DNA from: an uncultured Gammaproteobacteria bacterium
Lineage (GTDB): Bacteria > Pseudomonadota > Gammaproteobacteria > Steroidobacterales > Foliamicaceae
Assembly: GCA_951828235.1 (NCBI GenBank)
Contig: OX639965.1
Coordinates: 2,245,556-2,309,555 of the forward strand
Direction: 5' to 3'
DNA length: 64,000 nt
Positions 9,170 through 18,953 of the stretch are shown piece after piece (within the stretch, counting starts at the first letter, position 1; every line of letters starts with the position of its first letter). The notes under the pieces are model-generated. The model saw only the letters and a program-made list of their open reading frames with translations, had not been told where the DNA came from and made no database searches. Both the position numbers and the translations under genes were made by a program.

Positions 9170-9611
9170 CGATTGCAGCGACCAGCCGCCGTGCAATTCA
9201 ATCGCATGATCAATGCGCTGCATCATATCTCGGGGCACCGCATATGCGGCGGTAGCGTGTGATGTCATCGTATGAGAGTACGCGGTTTTTTCGGTCTTTA
9301 GTCCATTTCTCCGCAGGACGGTATCCGCCTACGGTGAACTCCCAAGTCGCTGAGTCCACGCCCTCGAAGCACAGTCTTCGGTTGATCCAAACATGGCTCG
9401 GCTCCGTTTCGGATGATGCAGGCACATACGGCGTGGCCACGCGGCTGCTGCCTGTGTGAGAAAAAGCGGGCAGACTCTTGGCAGGGCAAAAAAATGCCAA
9501 AATGCTAAAGATGTCGTGTGCAACGAGCTCCAGGAACGCCACTCCGCCGATTTTGAAGCGGCCCGGGGTCGGGCTAATCGCCGCCCTGTTTATTGCATCG
9601 ATAAGCGGCAT
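9170..9611 (-). pseudogene. C-terminal remnant of a large N6-DNA-methyltransferase / type ISP-like RM enzyme (frameshifted)
   Basis: WEFTVGGYRPAEKWTKDRKNRVLSYDDITRYRRI (ORF 9210-9611) continues in another frame as ...MMQRIDHAIELHGGW (top of ORF 8912-9268). This matches the conserved C-terminal GGYxxxEKWLKDRKGRxLSxDDIxHY...IDxxI..HGGW block of these enzymes as I remember it. Confidence 0.6.
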
Positions 9612-10998
9612 GTCTATAGCTGAATCATCTGTCGGGGGTAAGCCGCTGTTTGATGCGGCGAAGAACGGCGATGTCGAAGCGGTGCGCCGGTATCTAGACC
9701 GGGGAGCAAGCCCAAATGAGCGCGATAGGGCCGACGCACCCTTAATTCTCCGTGCGGCCTGTTATGGGCGGCTGGGTGTAATTCGGCTGCTAATCGAGAG
9801 GGGCGCGGAAGTAAACGCGAGGCAAGACGGTGATTGGACGGCTATCTTTTGCGCCGCCAGATACGACGAATTGGCTACCGTTGAGTTTCTGATCGAATCC
9901 GGCGCAGACCTTACTCTAAGAGCCGAAAACGGGAATTCAATCACGGATACGGCACGACAGGGCGAAGCTTGGAAAGTTGTCAGTCTCCTTGAGGGAGATG
10001 CCGCTCGATTGGCAACTCCCGAGCCCGCTGAACTCAGCTGCGACGAGTTGAGCCGCTACATTGAGAGCAAAACTACGGGTGCTTTCGCCGCCTCCATGGA
10101 AAGGGAATCAGACGCGGAAACAAAGGCGGTAGAAACGAACAGAAATTTTGTGCAGGCGGGCGCGTTTGGTGCGCGCGGGCTCATCAAGAATTGCACCGGC
10201 GAAGGGTTTAGCGCGGCCGCCCTGATCGACATCGACTCTCTATCCGCGCAGTCCTGCAGATACCTCCGCCTTGCCCATGCGTCGGGTGTCCTTGCTGCTG
10301 CCACAGACCAAATCGCCTTTGAGCGTGCAATGCGCGATGACGAAGACGAGGAAGGCGATGTTGCATTTGCTTCGTTGGGCACTTCCGCCAGGTTTCTTGG
10401 CGCGATTGAGGAGGTTTTGTCCGAGCGCCGTTGCCGCGCTGCATCATCCGCTGAAATACAGCTGCTTCTGGAAGCGCAGTTGAGATCGGACGATATTGAA
10501 AACTTCAATCTTGAGAAGGCATGGGACGCGATAGATCAAGGCGATGCTACTGCGCCAAAGGCTGCTGCACCAACGGCCCCCGCCGCAGAAACGGCATCCC
10601 GATGTCCTCGCAGGGGATTTCACGTTGAGGACGGCCATCTTCTGAGAGAGACGGGGCTTAGGTCAAAGATTGCCGACTTGGTTCGCGTCCGGTTACGTGC
10701 CGCCGGTTTGCACAAGCCCACGCCGGCATCATCGCGCCGGACGTCCCGACATCTTGCCGTGCGAGTCTCTCTGCCTTCGTTTCAAACTGACAACACCGCT
10801 TCGTCATTTGTTTTCGCCACCGAGGTCACTTTCTACAAACAACCCCCCGAAGCGGGCGGATCACCCGTCGAGGCCGCCTGGATTGGCGGGGACTCAGGCG
10901 TTGGGTCCACAAGCGAGATCGCAAACGAAGTGCTGAAACATGTGGATCGCTTCATAAGCGAATACAAGGCAGCCAATCCAAACTGCTCGGGATCATAG
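9502..10998 (+). CDS. Ankyrin-repeat protein with a predicted signal peptide and a ~330-aa unassigned C-terminal region
   Basis: ANK repeats: PLFDAAKNGDVEAVRRYLDRGASPNERD, LILRAACYGRLGVIRLLIERGAEVNARQ, TAIFCAARYDELATVEFLIESGADLTLR. N-terminus KRPGVGLIAALFIASISGMSIA|ES is Sec-signal-like. Start uncertain (TTG 9478, ATG 9502/9511/9610). Visibly lower GC than the flanks. Confidence 0.75.
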   Translation: MLKMSCATSSRNATPPILKRPGVGLIAALFIASISGMSIAESSVGGKPLFDAAKNGDVEAVRRYLDRGASPNERDRADAPLILRAACYGRLGVIRLLIERGAEVNARQDGDWTAIFCAARYDELATVEFLIESGADLTLRAENGNSITDTARQGEAWKVVSLLEGDAARLATPEPAELSCDELSRYIESKTTGAFAASMERESDAETKAVETNRNFVQAGAFGARGLIKNCTGEGFSAAALIDIDSLSAQSCRYLRLAHASGVLAAATDQIAFERAMRDDEDEEGDVAFASLGTSARFLGAIEEVLSERRCRAASSAEIQLLLEAQLRSDDIENFNLEKAWDAIDQGDATAPKAAAPTAPAAETASRCPRRGFHVEDGHLLRETGLRSKIADLVRVRLRAAGLHKPTPASSRRTSRHLAVRVSLPSFQTDNTASSFVFATEVTFYKQPPEAGGSPVEAAWIGGDSGVGSTSEIANEVLKHVDRFISEYKAANPNCSGS

Positions 10999-11048
10999 GG
11001 CTTAACTGAAAAGGGGCGGTAAGCAGATAGTGGAGGCAAGCATGAGGC

Positions 11049-11243
11049 TTACGGCCATTCTTTCGCCAAATGGGCCGTCTGCCGTCTCTCGCCATTCACG
11101 TACCAGCGGAACTCCAGGTAGTCGGTGAGGATCAGGTTTGGCAAACCCGGCCGGTAGCTGTGCTCGGTTCCGTGTCCCGTTGCATACGTACTTGCTACGT
11201 CTCGCCGGTAGGTGCGGAGCGCATTGCGCACAGTTGCATTCAT
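11049..11243 (-). pseudogene. N-terminal remnant of the same methyltransferase/RM gene (internally deleted)
   Basis: TGHGTEHSYRPGL directly abutting NLILTDYLEFRWYVNGE. In intact homologues, as I remember them, these two N-terminal motifs are separated by tens of residues. The ORF stops after 64 aa. Confidence 0.5.
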
Positions 11244-11442
11244 CAGGTTTTAGCGGTTTGCACGGTCAGGTAAGTTGACGGATTTTTCGATGCCGTCATC
11301 GGACTTGTCTGCTATCGGGTCCCACCAATTGGCTCTCCTCAAAGAACACCGCAGTTCGCCCATCCATCCCCGTAGAATAAGCACCTAATTTCCGGGCTGC
11401 CTGTTTGGTAGCCCTCGGCGTAGCCTACAAGATGAGGCGGCG

Positions 11443-11940
11443 ATGTCGAAGCCCATCGCGTACATCGAGACATCTGTCGTCAGTTATCTGACGGCAAGGC
11501 AGCCTCGGGATGTGATAGTCGCCGCCTATCAGGAAGTGACGCGTGAATGGTGGCGCGCAGCCTTGACAGCATTCGAGCTTGTCGCATCGGAACTTGTGAG
11601 AACGGAGGCGGGAGCCGGAAACGAGCGCGCAGCCCGCGCGAGGCTAAAGGCGCTGGAGTCCGCAACGCTACTCGACATCACCGAAGATGCGGAGGCTCTC
11701 ACCCGGCGTTTGCTGGACCAAGGCGCCTTGCCGCGCCAGGCCGCCGCGGATGCTGCGCACATCGCCATTGCCGTTACGAACGGGGTTGATTATCTGGTAA
11801 CGTGGAACTTTCGGCACATTGCTAATGCGGCTATGCGATCTCAAATCGAGCAAGTCTGCCGTGAGGCCGGTTACGAGCCGCCGGTGATCTGCACCCCTAA
11901 CGAGCTGATGGAGTCTGGTCATGCAGAAAAAACAGCCTGA
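11443..11940 (+). CDS. PIN-domain protein (VapC-like toxin family)
   Basis: MSKPIAYIETSVVSYL..., DAAHIAIAV and YLVTWNFRHI give a PIN-like arrangement of acidic residues and the N-terminus typical of this widespread PIN subgroup. Confidence 0.7.
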   Translation: MSKPIAYIETSVVSYLTARQPRDVIVAAYQEVTREWWRAALTAFELVASELVRTEAGAGNERAARARLKALESATLLDITEDAEALTRRLLDQGALPRQAAADAAHIAIAVTNGVDYLVTWNFRHIANAAMRSQIEQVCREAGYEPPVICTPNELMESGHAEKTA

Positions 11941-12118
11941 TCCGATTATCTCGGAAGTCTGGGCCAATCGAGACGAGTATGCCGCCCGTTTGCGATACGA
12001 CGTGGCAGCGATTTTTCAGGACATTCGAGTCCGGCAGAAAAAGTCCAACCGCGAGTATTTCACCTATCCTGCCCGCCATACGGTCCCAGAAGAAGATCAT
12101 TCAATCGCGCCGCAATAG
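11921..12118 (+). CDS. Small partner protein of the PIN gene (putative antitoxin)
   Basis: 65 aa, overlapping the PIN gene by 20 nt. IISEVWANRDEYAARLRYDVAAIFQDIRVRQKK resembles the small proteins found downstream of this PIN subgroup (recognition from memory). Confidence 0.45.
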   Translation: MQKKQPDPIISEVWANRDEYAARLRYDVAAIFQDIRVRQKKSNREYFTYPARHTVPEEDHSIAPQ

Positions 12119-12243
12119 AGCATTCCTGTCCAAGAACCGCTCGGACGAAACCCGGGGGGCTCTCGCTCGTTTGAGCAAATCAGCTTCCAAGGCAGCAAGA
12201 AGCCGCCAGACTTCGCGGTGGCGACTGATTATTGCGTCCTGAT

Positions 12244-13191
12244 TCAGGCGCTCGGCCGAGCCTGAGGCTGGGGCAGGCCGGCGCCGAGCGGTAGGAGTTC
12301 GCGGTAAATGGCGGTGTGCAGCGGCGTAGGCACGCCGGTTTCTTCGCCCATGCGGTGGATCGCGCCCGACAGCCATTCGATCTCCAGCCGGTTGCCGCGC
12401 TCAAGGTCCGTCAGCAGCGACGCCTTGCCGCCGAAGGCGAACACGTTTTTCAGCGTCGCGCGGGTCTCCGTTTCGATATCCCCGGGCAAGGGCACATCCA
12501 GCGCGCGCGCAACGCCAAGCGCCTCCTGCATGGCGATTTCCAACAGCCAGTGCATGGCCGGATTTCCGGCCAGGGCGTCGAATCCTCTCCCGGTAGCCGC
12601 ATTGATCGAGCTGGAGCAGGCCACCATCAGGAACTTGAGCCACAGCATGACCCGCATGTCCCGGTGCGCCTGGCCGGTCACACCGGCTTTCGAGAAAATC
12701 TCCGCGAACCGCCGAGTGCGTCGGCTTACGCCGTCCGCCGGTTCGGCGAGATTGATCATCAGCGTATCCCCTTCGCGCAGGACCACGGCCGGCGCGATGA
12801 GCTTCGCGACGACCTGTACCGTTCCGCCCACCACCTTGCCTGGCGGTAGCAGACGCGCGGCGACTGACGGAGCATCGAGACCGTTCTGCAAGGTGACTAC
12901 GCAGCCGCAGGAGGCAAGCCACTCCAGGTTTCCGCGGATGGCTCCCTTGAGGTCATAGCGCTTCATGCAAAGCAGTACGGCGTCGGCCGGCGGTCGTCCG
13001 GCCGGGTTTGCGGCGACGTCCACGCTGCGGGCACGGAAAGGTTGCAGCTCGTGCCGGACCTCAAGGCCGCGGTCGGCGAGGGCGCGCGCACTGCTTCCCC
13101 GCGCCACGAAAACTACGTCGTGTCCGGCACGCAACAGCGCCGCTCCGAGGCTGCCTCCCACGCCGCCGACGCCCATGATCGCAAATCGCAT
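12244..13191 (-). CDS. 2-dehydropantoate 2-reductase family (ApbA/PanE-like)
   Basis: Rossmann N-terminus [32 protein letters not shown] and C-terminal ...[21 protein letters not shown]. Start at M17 of the tracked ORF. Confidence 0.75.
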   Translation of the reverse strand: MRFAIMGVGGVGGSLGAALLRAGHDVVFVARGSSARALADRGLEVRHELQPFRARSVDVAANPAGRPPADAVLLCMKRYDLKGAIRGNLEWLASCGCVVTLQNGLDAPSVAARLLPPGKVVGGTVQVVAKLIAPAVVLREGDTLMINLAEPADGVSRRTRRFAEIFSKAGVTGQAHRDMRVMLWLKFLMVACSSSINAATGRGFDALAGNPAMHWLLEIAMQEALGVARALDVPLPGDIETETRATLKNVFAFGGKASLLTDLERGNRLEIEWLSGAIHRMGEETGVPTPLHTAIYRELLPLGAGLPQPQARPSA

Positions 13192-13240
13192 GCGGGCTAT
13201 ACTGCCCGTTTTGCCCGCGCAGGAACAACAATCGTTCACG

Positions 13241-15403
13241 ATGCCGACCGATGACCCACAAGCGGCGCCCCGAGAATTGCCGCCGGACTGGGCGGCCCGT
13301 GCTCAAAAGGAGCTCAAGGGCGTTGATGCCGCGAGCCTGATCTGGGACACGCCGGAAGGCATCCCGGTCAAGCCGCTGTACACGGTCGAAGACCTCGAGG
13401 GCCTTGAACACACGCGCAGCCTGCCCGGCGCGCCGCCGTACGTGCGCGGGCCGCGGTCCACGATGTATGCGGGCCGGCCCTGGACCGTGCGCCAGTATGC
13501 GGGGTTCTCCACCGCCGAGGAATCCAATGCGTTCTACCGGCGCAACATCGCCGCCGGCCAGACGGGCTTGAGCGTCGCCTTCGACCTGCCTACGCACCGC
13601 GGCTACGACTCGGACCATCCCCGCGCGCTGGGCGATATCGGCAAGGCCGGCGTCGCCATCGACACCGTCGAGGACATGAAACGCCTGTTCGACGGCATCT
13701 CTCTCAAGGACATGTCGGTTTCCATGACGATGAACGGGGCGGTCCTGCCGGTCATGGCCATGTACGTCGTGGCGGCGGAGGAGCAGGGCGCGCGCCTCAA
13801 AGACCTTGCCGGGACCATGCAGAACGACATTCTCAAGGAGTTCATGGTCCGCAACACCTACATCTATCCTCCTCAGCCGTCCATGCGGATCGTGGGCGAC
13901 ATCATCGCCTTCAGCGCCCGCAGCATGCCGCGCTTCAATCCGATCTCGATATCCGGCTACCACATGCTGGAGGCGGGGGCGACGGCGGTCCAGGAGCTGG
14001 GCTATACGCTGGCCGATGGCCTGGAGTACGTCCGCGCGGCCATGAACGCGGGTCTCGACGTGGACGAGTTCGCCCCGCGATTGAGTTTCTTCTTCGGGAT
14101 CGGCATGAATTTCTTCATGGAGGCGGCCAAGCTGCGCGCTGCCCGGCTGTTGTGGGCGGAGCTCATGCAGGAACGGTTTTCGCCGGGCAATCCCCGCTCG
14201 CTCATGCTGCGCACGCATTGCCAGACCTCGGGAGTGAGCCTCACCAGCCGGGACCCTTACAACAACGTCATTCGAACCACGGTGGAGGCGCTGGCGGCGG
14301 TTCTGGGAGGAACTCAGTCGCTGCACACCAACAGTTTCGACGAGGCCCTGGCGCTGCCGACCGACCATTCGGCCCATATCGCCCGCAACACCCAACTCGT
14401 CCTGCGCGAGGAAACCGGCGTGACCCGTGTTGCCGACCCGCTGGGCGGCTCATATTATGTGGAAAGCCTCACCGCCTCCTTGGCGGCGGGCGCCCGCGAA
14501 CTGATCCGCGAAGTGGAAGACCTGGGTGGCATGACGCGGGCCATCGAGGCGGGCGTTCCGAAGCTGCGCATCGAGGAAGCTGCGGCGCGCCGGCAGGCGC
14601 GCATGGAGCGCGGTGAGGACGTGGTGGTAGGAGTCAACCGGTACCAGCTTGCCGACGAATCCGAGGTTGAACTGCTTGACATCGACAATCGAAAGGTGCG
14701 GGACAGCCAGTTGCGGCGGATCGCCGAGGTACGGTCCCAGCGCGATGACAAAGCCTGCCGTTTGGTGCTTGATGCGTTGCGCCAGGCGGCCTCGCAGGAT
14801 GGGGCCGATCTCGTTGCTCCGGCGCTGGAAGCGGCCCGCCGCCGGGCCACGGTTGGGGAGATTTCAGTTGCCATGGAAGAGGTATTCGGCCGGCACCGGG
14901 CCGTTTCGCAGACCGTGAGCGGGGTGTATTCGCGAGCCTACGAAGGTGACGAGGCTTTCGCAGCCCTTCAGAAGCAGGTGCGCGAATTCGGAAAACGGAA
15001 AGGACGACGTCCGAGAATCCTGGTAGCCAAGCTGGGCCAGGACGGCCACGACCGCGGCGCCCGTGTGGTGGCCTCTGCGCTCGCGGACCTCGGCTTTGAC
15101 GTGGACATCGGTCCGCTGTTTCAGACTCCCGAGGAGGTCGCGCGCCAGGCCGTGGAGAACGACGTGCACCTGGTGGGCATTTCCTCGCAGGCGGCGGGAC
15201 ACCGGGAGCTGGCGCCGCTCATGATCGAGGCGCTGCGCGCCGAAGGCGCGGACGACGTGAGGGTGGTCATCGGAGGAATCATTCCCCGAAAGGACCGGAA
15301 GATGCTTATGGATGCCGGCGTGGCGCTGATATTCGAGCCCGGTTCCAACATTACCGCGGCAGCCGGCGAAATGCTGGCGCTGCTGGAGGGAGGTGAACAG
15401 TGA
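13241..15403 (+). CDS. Methylmalonyl-CoA mutase, single-chain form with a C-terminal B12-binding domain
   Basis: [61 protein letters not shown]; C-terminal [23 protein letters not shown] (DxHxxG B12 motif). Start at M93 of the tracked ORF. Confidence 0.95.
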   Translation: MPTDDPQAAPRELPPDWAARAQKELKGVDAASLIWDTPEGIPVKPLYTVEDLEGLEHTRSLPGAPPYVRGPRSTMYAGRPWTVRQYAGFSTAEESNAFYRRNIAAGQTGLSVAFDLPTHRGYDSDHPRALGDIGKAGVAIDTVEDMKRLFDGISLKDMSVSMTMNGAVLPVMAMYVVAAEEQGARLKDLAGTMQNDILKEFMVRNTYIYPPQPSMRIVGDIIAFSARSMPRFNPISISGYHMLEAGATAVQELGYTLADGLEYVRAAMNAGLDVDEFAPRLSFFFGIGMNFFMEAAKLRAARLLWAELMQERFSPGNPRSLMLRTHCQTSGVSLTSRDPYNNVIRTTVEALAAVLGGTQSLHTNSFDEALALPTDHSAHIARNTQLVLREETGVTRVADPLGGSYYVESLTASLAAGARELIREVEDLGGMTRAIEAGVPKLRIEEAAARRQARMERGEDVVVGVNRYQLADESEVELLDIDNRKVRDSQLRRIAEVRSQRDDKACRLVLDALRQAASQDGADLVAPALEAARRRATVGEISVAMEEVFGRHRAVSQTVSGVYSRAYEGDEAFAALQKQVREFGKRKGRRPRILVAKLGQDGHDRGARVVASALADLGFDVDIGPLFQTPEEVARQAVENDVHLVGISSQAAGHRELAPLMIEALRAEGADDVRVVIGGIIPRKDRKMLMDAGVALIFEPGSNITAAAGEMLALLEGGEQ

Positions 15404-16941
15404 GCGAGCGGGCCCGAAAGCTCAGGCGGCTGGAGGAAATGCGCGCGGCCTCGCGCGCCGGCGGCGGCGAGGCGCGGGTAAAGCGTCAACACGACCGCGG
15501 CAAGCTGACGGCGCGCGAACGCCTGGAAGTACTGCTCGATGCCGACAGCTTCGAGGAGTGGGACGCCTTCGTGGAACACCGCTGCAGCGATTTCGGCATG
15601 GACGAGCAGCGGATTCCCGGTGATGGCGTGATATCCGGTCACGGACGCATCAACGGCCGCCTGGTGTTCGTATTCAGCCAGGACTTCACCGTGTTCGGCG
15701 GCTCGCTTTCGGAGACCAATGCCCGCAAGATCTGCAAGGTGATGGAGCAGGCCGTAAAGGTTGGGGCGCCCATCATCGGCCTGAACGATTCCGGCGGGGC
15801 GCGCATTCAGGAAGGCGTGGCCTCGCTGGGCGGCTATGCCGACGTGTTCCAGCGCAATGTTCTCGCTTCCGGCGTGGTGCCGCAACTTTCGCTGGTGATG
15901 GGGCCCTGCGCCGGCGGCGCCGTTTATTCGCCCGCCATCACGGACTTCATTTTCATGGTGCGCGGAACCTCGTACATGTTCGTGACCGGGCCGGACGTGG
16001 TGAAGACGGTCACGGCCGAGGAAATCACCGCCGAGGAACTGGGCGGGGCGGACACGCACAATTCCCGCTCCGGCGTTGCCGACCGGGCCTTCGACGACGA
16101 CGTGGAAACACTGCGCATGGCGCGCCTGCTGACGGGATACCTGCCGTCCAGCAACCGCGAACGCGCCCCGGCAAGACCCACGGAGGACCCCGAGGACCGG
16201 GCCGAGCCGTCCCTCAACAGCCTGGTCCCCACCGACCCGGCCAAGCCCTACGACATCAAGGAACTGATCTACAAGGTGGCGGACGAGAGCGAGTTCTTCG
16301 AGCTGCAGCCGGACTTCGCGCGCAACATCGTGACCGGCTTCGTTCGGATCGCCGGGGAAACGGTGGGCGTGGTGGCCAACCAGCCCGCGGTGCTGGCCGG
16401 CTGCCTTGACATCGAAGCCTCCGTCAAGGGCGCGCGATTCGTTCGTTTTTGCGATGCTTTCTCGATTCCGCTGCTGACGCTGGTGGACGTGCCGGGCTTT
16501 ATGCCGGGATCGCAGCAGGAATACGGCGGCATCATCCGCCACGGCGCCAAGCTGCTCTACGCCTACGCCGAGGCCACCGTGCCCAAGGTCACCGTGATCA
16601 CGCGCAAGGCCTACGGCGGCGCTTACGACGTCATGTCGTCCAAGCACCTGCGCGGCGACGTGAATTTCGCCTGGCCCAGCGCCGAGATCGCCGTCATGGG
16701 CCCCCAGGGCGCTGTGGAAATCATTTTCCGCCAGGACATCGGCGATGCGGAGAAGATCGCCGCCCGCACCGAGGAGTACCGGCGCAAGTTCGCCCACCCC
16801 TACGTCGCGGCGGGACGCGGCTACATCGACGACGTCATTGAGCCGAGCGTTACCCGCGCTCACCTGTGCCGCTCCTTCGCCATGCTGCGCAACAAGCGCA
16901 TCAGGGACCCCTGGCGCAAACACGGCAACATCCCGCTTTGA
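15400..16941 (+). CDS. pccB: Propionyl-CoA carboxylase beta subunit (carboxyltransferase)
   Basis: [36 protein letters not shown] and [29 protein letters not shown] start overlaps the mutase stop (GTGA). Confidence 0.9.
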   Translation: MSERARKLRRLEEMRAASRAGGGEARVKRQHDRGKLTARERLEVLLDADSFEEWDAFVEHRCSDFGMDEQRIPGDGVISGHGRINGRLVFVFSQDFTVFGGSLSETNARKICKVMEQAVKVGAPIIGLNDSGGARIQEGVASLGGYADVFQRNVLASGVVPQLSLVMGPCAGGAVYSPAITDFIFMVRGTSYMFVTGPDVVKTVTAEEITAEELGGADTHNSRSGVADRAFDDDVETLRMARLLTGYLPSSNRERAPARPTEDPEDRAEPSLNSLVPTDPAKPYDIKELIYKVADESEFFELQPDFARNIVTGFVRIAGETVGVVANQPAVLAGCLDIEASVKGARFVRFCDAFSIPLLTLVDVPGFMPGSQQEYGGIIRHGAKLLYAYAEATVPKVTVITRKAYGGAYDVMSSKHLRGDVNFAWPSAEIAVMGPQGAVEIIFRQDIGDAEKIAARTEEYRRKFAHPYVAAGRGYIDDVIEPSVTRAHLCRSFAMLRNKRIRDPWRKHGNIPL

Positions 16942-18953
16942 AAAAGCTGCTGATCGCCAACCGCGGGGAGATTGCCTGCCGCATCATGCGCGGCGCGCAA
17001 GCTCTGGGGATCCGCAGCGTGGCCGTCTATTCCGACGCCGACGCCGACGCGCTCCATACGCGCACCGCCGACGAGACGGTCTGCATAGGGGGCCTGACCG
17101 CGGCGGAGAGCTATCTCGACCTGGGAAAAATCATTGCGGCGTGCAAACAATCGGGCGCGGATGCCTTGCACCCCGGTTACGGCTTCCTGTCCGAGAATTC
17201 AGCGTTCGCCGCGGCGGTCGAGGAAGCGGGCATTACCTTCGTCGGACCGCCCGCGGAAGCGATTCGGCTTATGGGCGACAAGCTTCAAGCCAAGCGCATC
17301 GCGGCGAAGGCCGGCGTTCCCACCATACCCGGACGCCCCGAGGCGCTGGAGAGCGCCGACGGCGCCGCGGAAGCGGCTGCCGATATCGGCTACCCGGTAT
17401 TGCTGAAGGCCCAGGCCGGCGGCGGCGGGCGCGGCATGCGCATCGCGCGCGACGAAGCCGAGTGCCGCGCGGGCTTCGAGCAGGCCGTGCGGGAAGCCCA
17501 GGCGGCGTTCGGCGACGGCCGTGTCTTCGTGGAGAGATACCTCGAGCGTCCGCGCCATATCGAAGTCCAGGTGCTCGCCGACAGCCGCGGTTCGGTGGTG
17601 CACCTGGGCGAGCGCGAGTGTTCGATTCAGCGGCGCCACCAGAAGGTCATCGAAGAGGCGCCGTCGCCCTTCGTGACGCCGGAAATGCGCTCCGAAATGG
17701 GTCGGGCGGCCGTTTCGCTTGCAAAGGCGATCGGTTACCGCTCGGCGGGGACCGTCGAGTTCGTGGTGGACTCCTCGCGCAATTTCCACCTGCTCGAGAT
17801 GAACACCCGTCTGCAGGTGGAGCATCCGGTCAGCGAATGGATCACCGGCATCGACCTGGTGCAGTGGATGCTGCGCATTGCCGACGGCGAAGCGCTGGAT
17901 TTCACGCAGGAGGACGTGGAACTCAGGGGTTGGTCCATGGAGGCGAGGATCTGCGCCGAAGATCCGGAGCGGGACTTTCTGCCCGCTGCCGGGCGCCTGG
18001 TACGCTGGCTGCCTCCGTCCTCGGACAGTTCGGCGGACGGTGGAGCTTCCTGGCGGGAAAGCGGCTCGGCGCCGCGCCTGGACGCCGGGGTGGAGGAGGG
18101 CGACGAGGCTTCCGTCTACTACGATTCCCTGATCGCGAAGCTGGTGGTGTACGGAACGGACCGGGACCAGGCCGCCGCCCGGCTGGCTGCCGCGCTCGAC
18201 GATTTCGCCGTCGAGGGGCCGGCCACCAACGTCCTGTTTCTGGCTTCCCTGGCTCGCCATCCCCGGTTCGCCGCAGGAGATATCACCACTGCCTTTATCG
18301 CCGAAGAATATCCCGACGGATTTCAGCCCGCCGCGAATTGTTCCGACGCATTGGCGCAGTTGCTTGGTGCGGTGACCGTCATGGTCCAGGATCGCGCCGC
18401 CCGATCCATGCCGGGGGACTGGACCGAGGCCGTGCTTCTTTCCGACGGCGGCGAAGTGCCGCTCAAGAGGAAATGGGAAGGCGGACGTTTGAGCGTTCGA
18501 TTCGGAAGGCGCGTGTATCGGCTGGAGAGCGGCTGGCGTCCGTTCGAGCCCATTGCACGGTGCAAGGTGAAGGTTCCCGGGGCTTCCGGTTTGACCGGAG
18601 GCGATTTGTGTTTCGTCATTCAGCGCGACGGACTGCGGGTCGCCGTCTCGCATGCGGGCGTCAGGCTTGAGTACGTGTACCTTCCGCCGCGGTCCGCGCG
18701 GCTGAAGGGGCGCATGGCCGCCCGTCCGGCGCAACTGGGGGTCACGGCGCTCAATGCGCCGATGCCCGGCGTGCTGACGCAGCTGAGAGTCGATGAAGGC
18801 GAGGAGGTGAAGACCGGGCAGGAGATCGGCGTCATCGAGGCGATGAAGATGGAGAACAGCCTGCGCTCGCCCCGCGATGGCCGTATCCGTCATATCGCCG
18901 TGAACCCGGGCGACAATCTGGAAACCAACCAGCTGATCCTGAAGTACGAATGA
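16938..18953 (+). CDS. pccA: Propionyl/acetyl-CoA carboxylase alpha subunit (biotin carboxylase + BCCP)
   Basis: [31 protein letters not shown] and [14 protein letters not shown]; C-terminal biotinylation motif [12 protein letters not shown] 16938 overlaps the pccB stop (TTGA); the tracked ORF extension upstream is pccB sequence read in another frame. Confidence 0.9.
   Translation: MKKLLIANRGEIACRIMRGAQALGIRSVAVYSDADADALHTRTADETVCIGGLTAAESYLDLGKIIAACKQSGADALHPGYGFLSENSAFAAAVEEAGITFVGPPAEAIRLMGDKLQAKRIAAKAGVPTIPGRPEALESADGAAEAAADIGYPVLLKAQAGGGGRGMRIARDEAECRAGFEQAVREAQAAFGDGRVFVERYLERPRHIEVQVLADSRGSVVHLGERECSIQRRHQKVIEEAPSPFVTPEMRSEMGRAAVSLAKAIGYRSAGTVEFVVDSSRNFHLLEMNTRLQVEHPVSEWITGIDLVQWMLRIADGEALDFTQEDVELRGWSMEARICAEDPERDFLPAAGRLVRWLPPSSDSSADGGASWRESGSAPRLDAGVEEGDEASVYYDSLIAKLVVYGTDRDQAAARLAAALDDFAVEGPATNVLFLASLARHPRFAAGDITTAFIAEEYPDGFQPAANCSDALAQLLGAVTVMVQDRAARSMPGDWTEAVLLSDGGEVPLKRKWEGGRLSVRFGRRVYRLESGWRPFEPIARCKVKVPGASGLTGGDLCFVIQRDGLRVAVSHAGVRLEYVYLPPRSARLKGRMAARPAQLGVTALNAPMPGVLTQLRVDEGEEVKTGQEIGVIEAMKMENSLRSPRDGRIRHIAVNPGDNLETNQLILKYE

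Noticed and set aside
13192-13240. Possible cobalamin riboswitch upstream of the B12-dependent mutase or of the TonB receptors (also checked 51211-51284).
   Set aside because: These gaps are only 49 and 74 bp, too short for a cobalamin riboswitch, and I saw no B12-box-like sequence.
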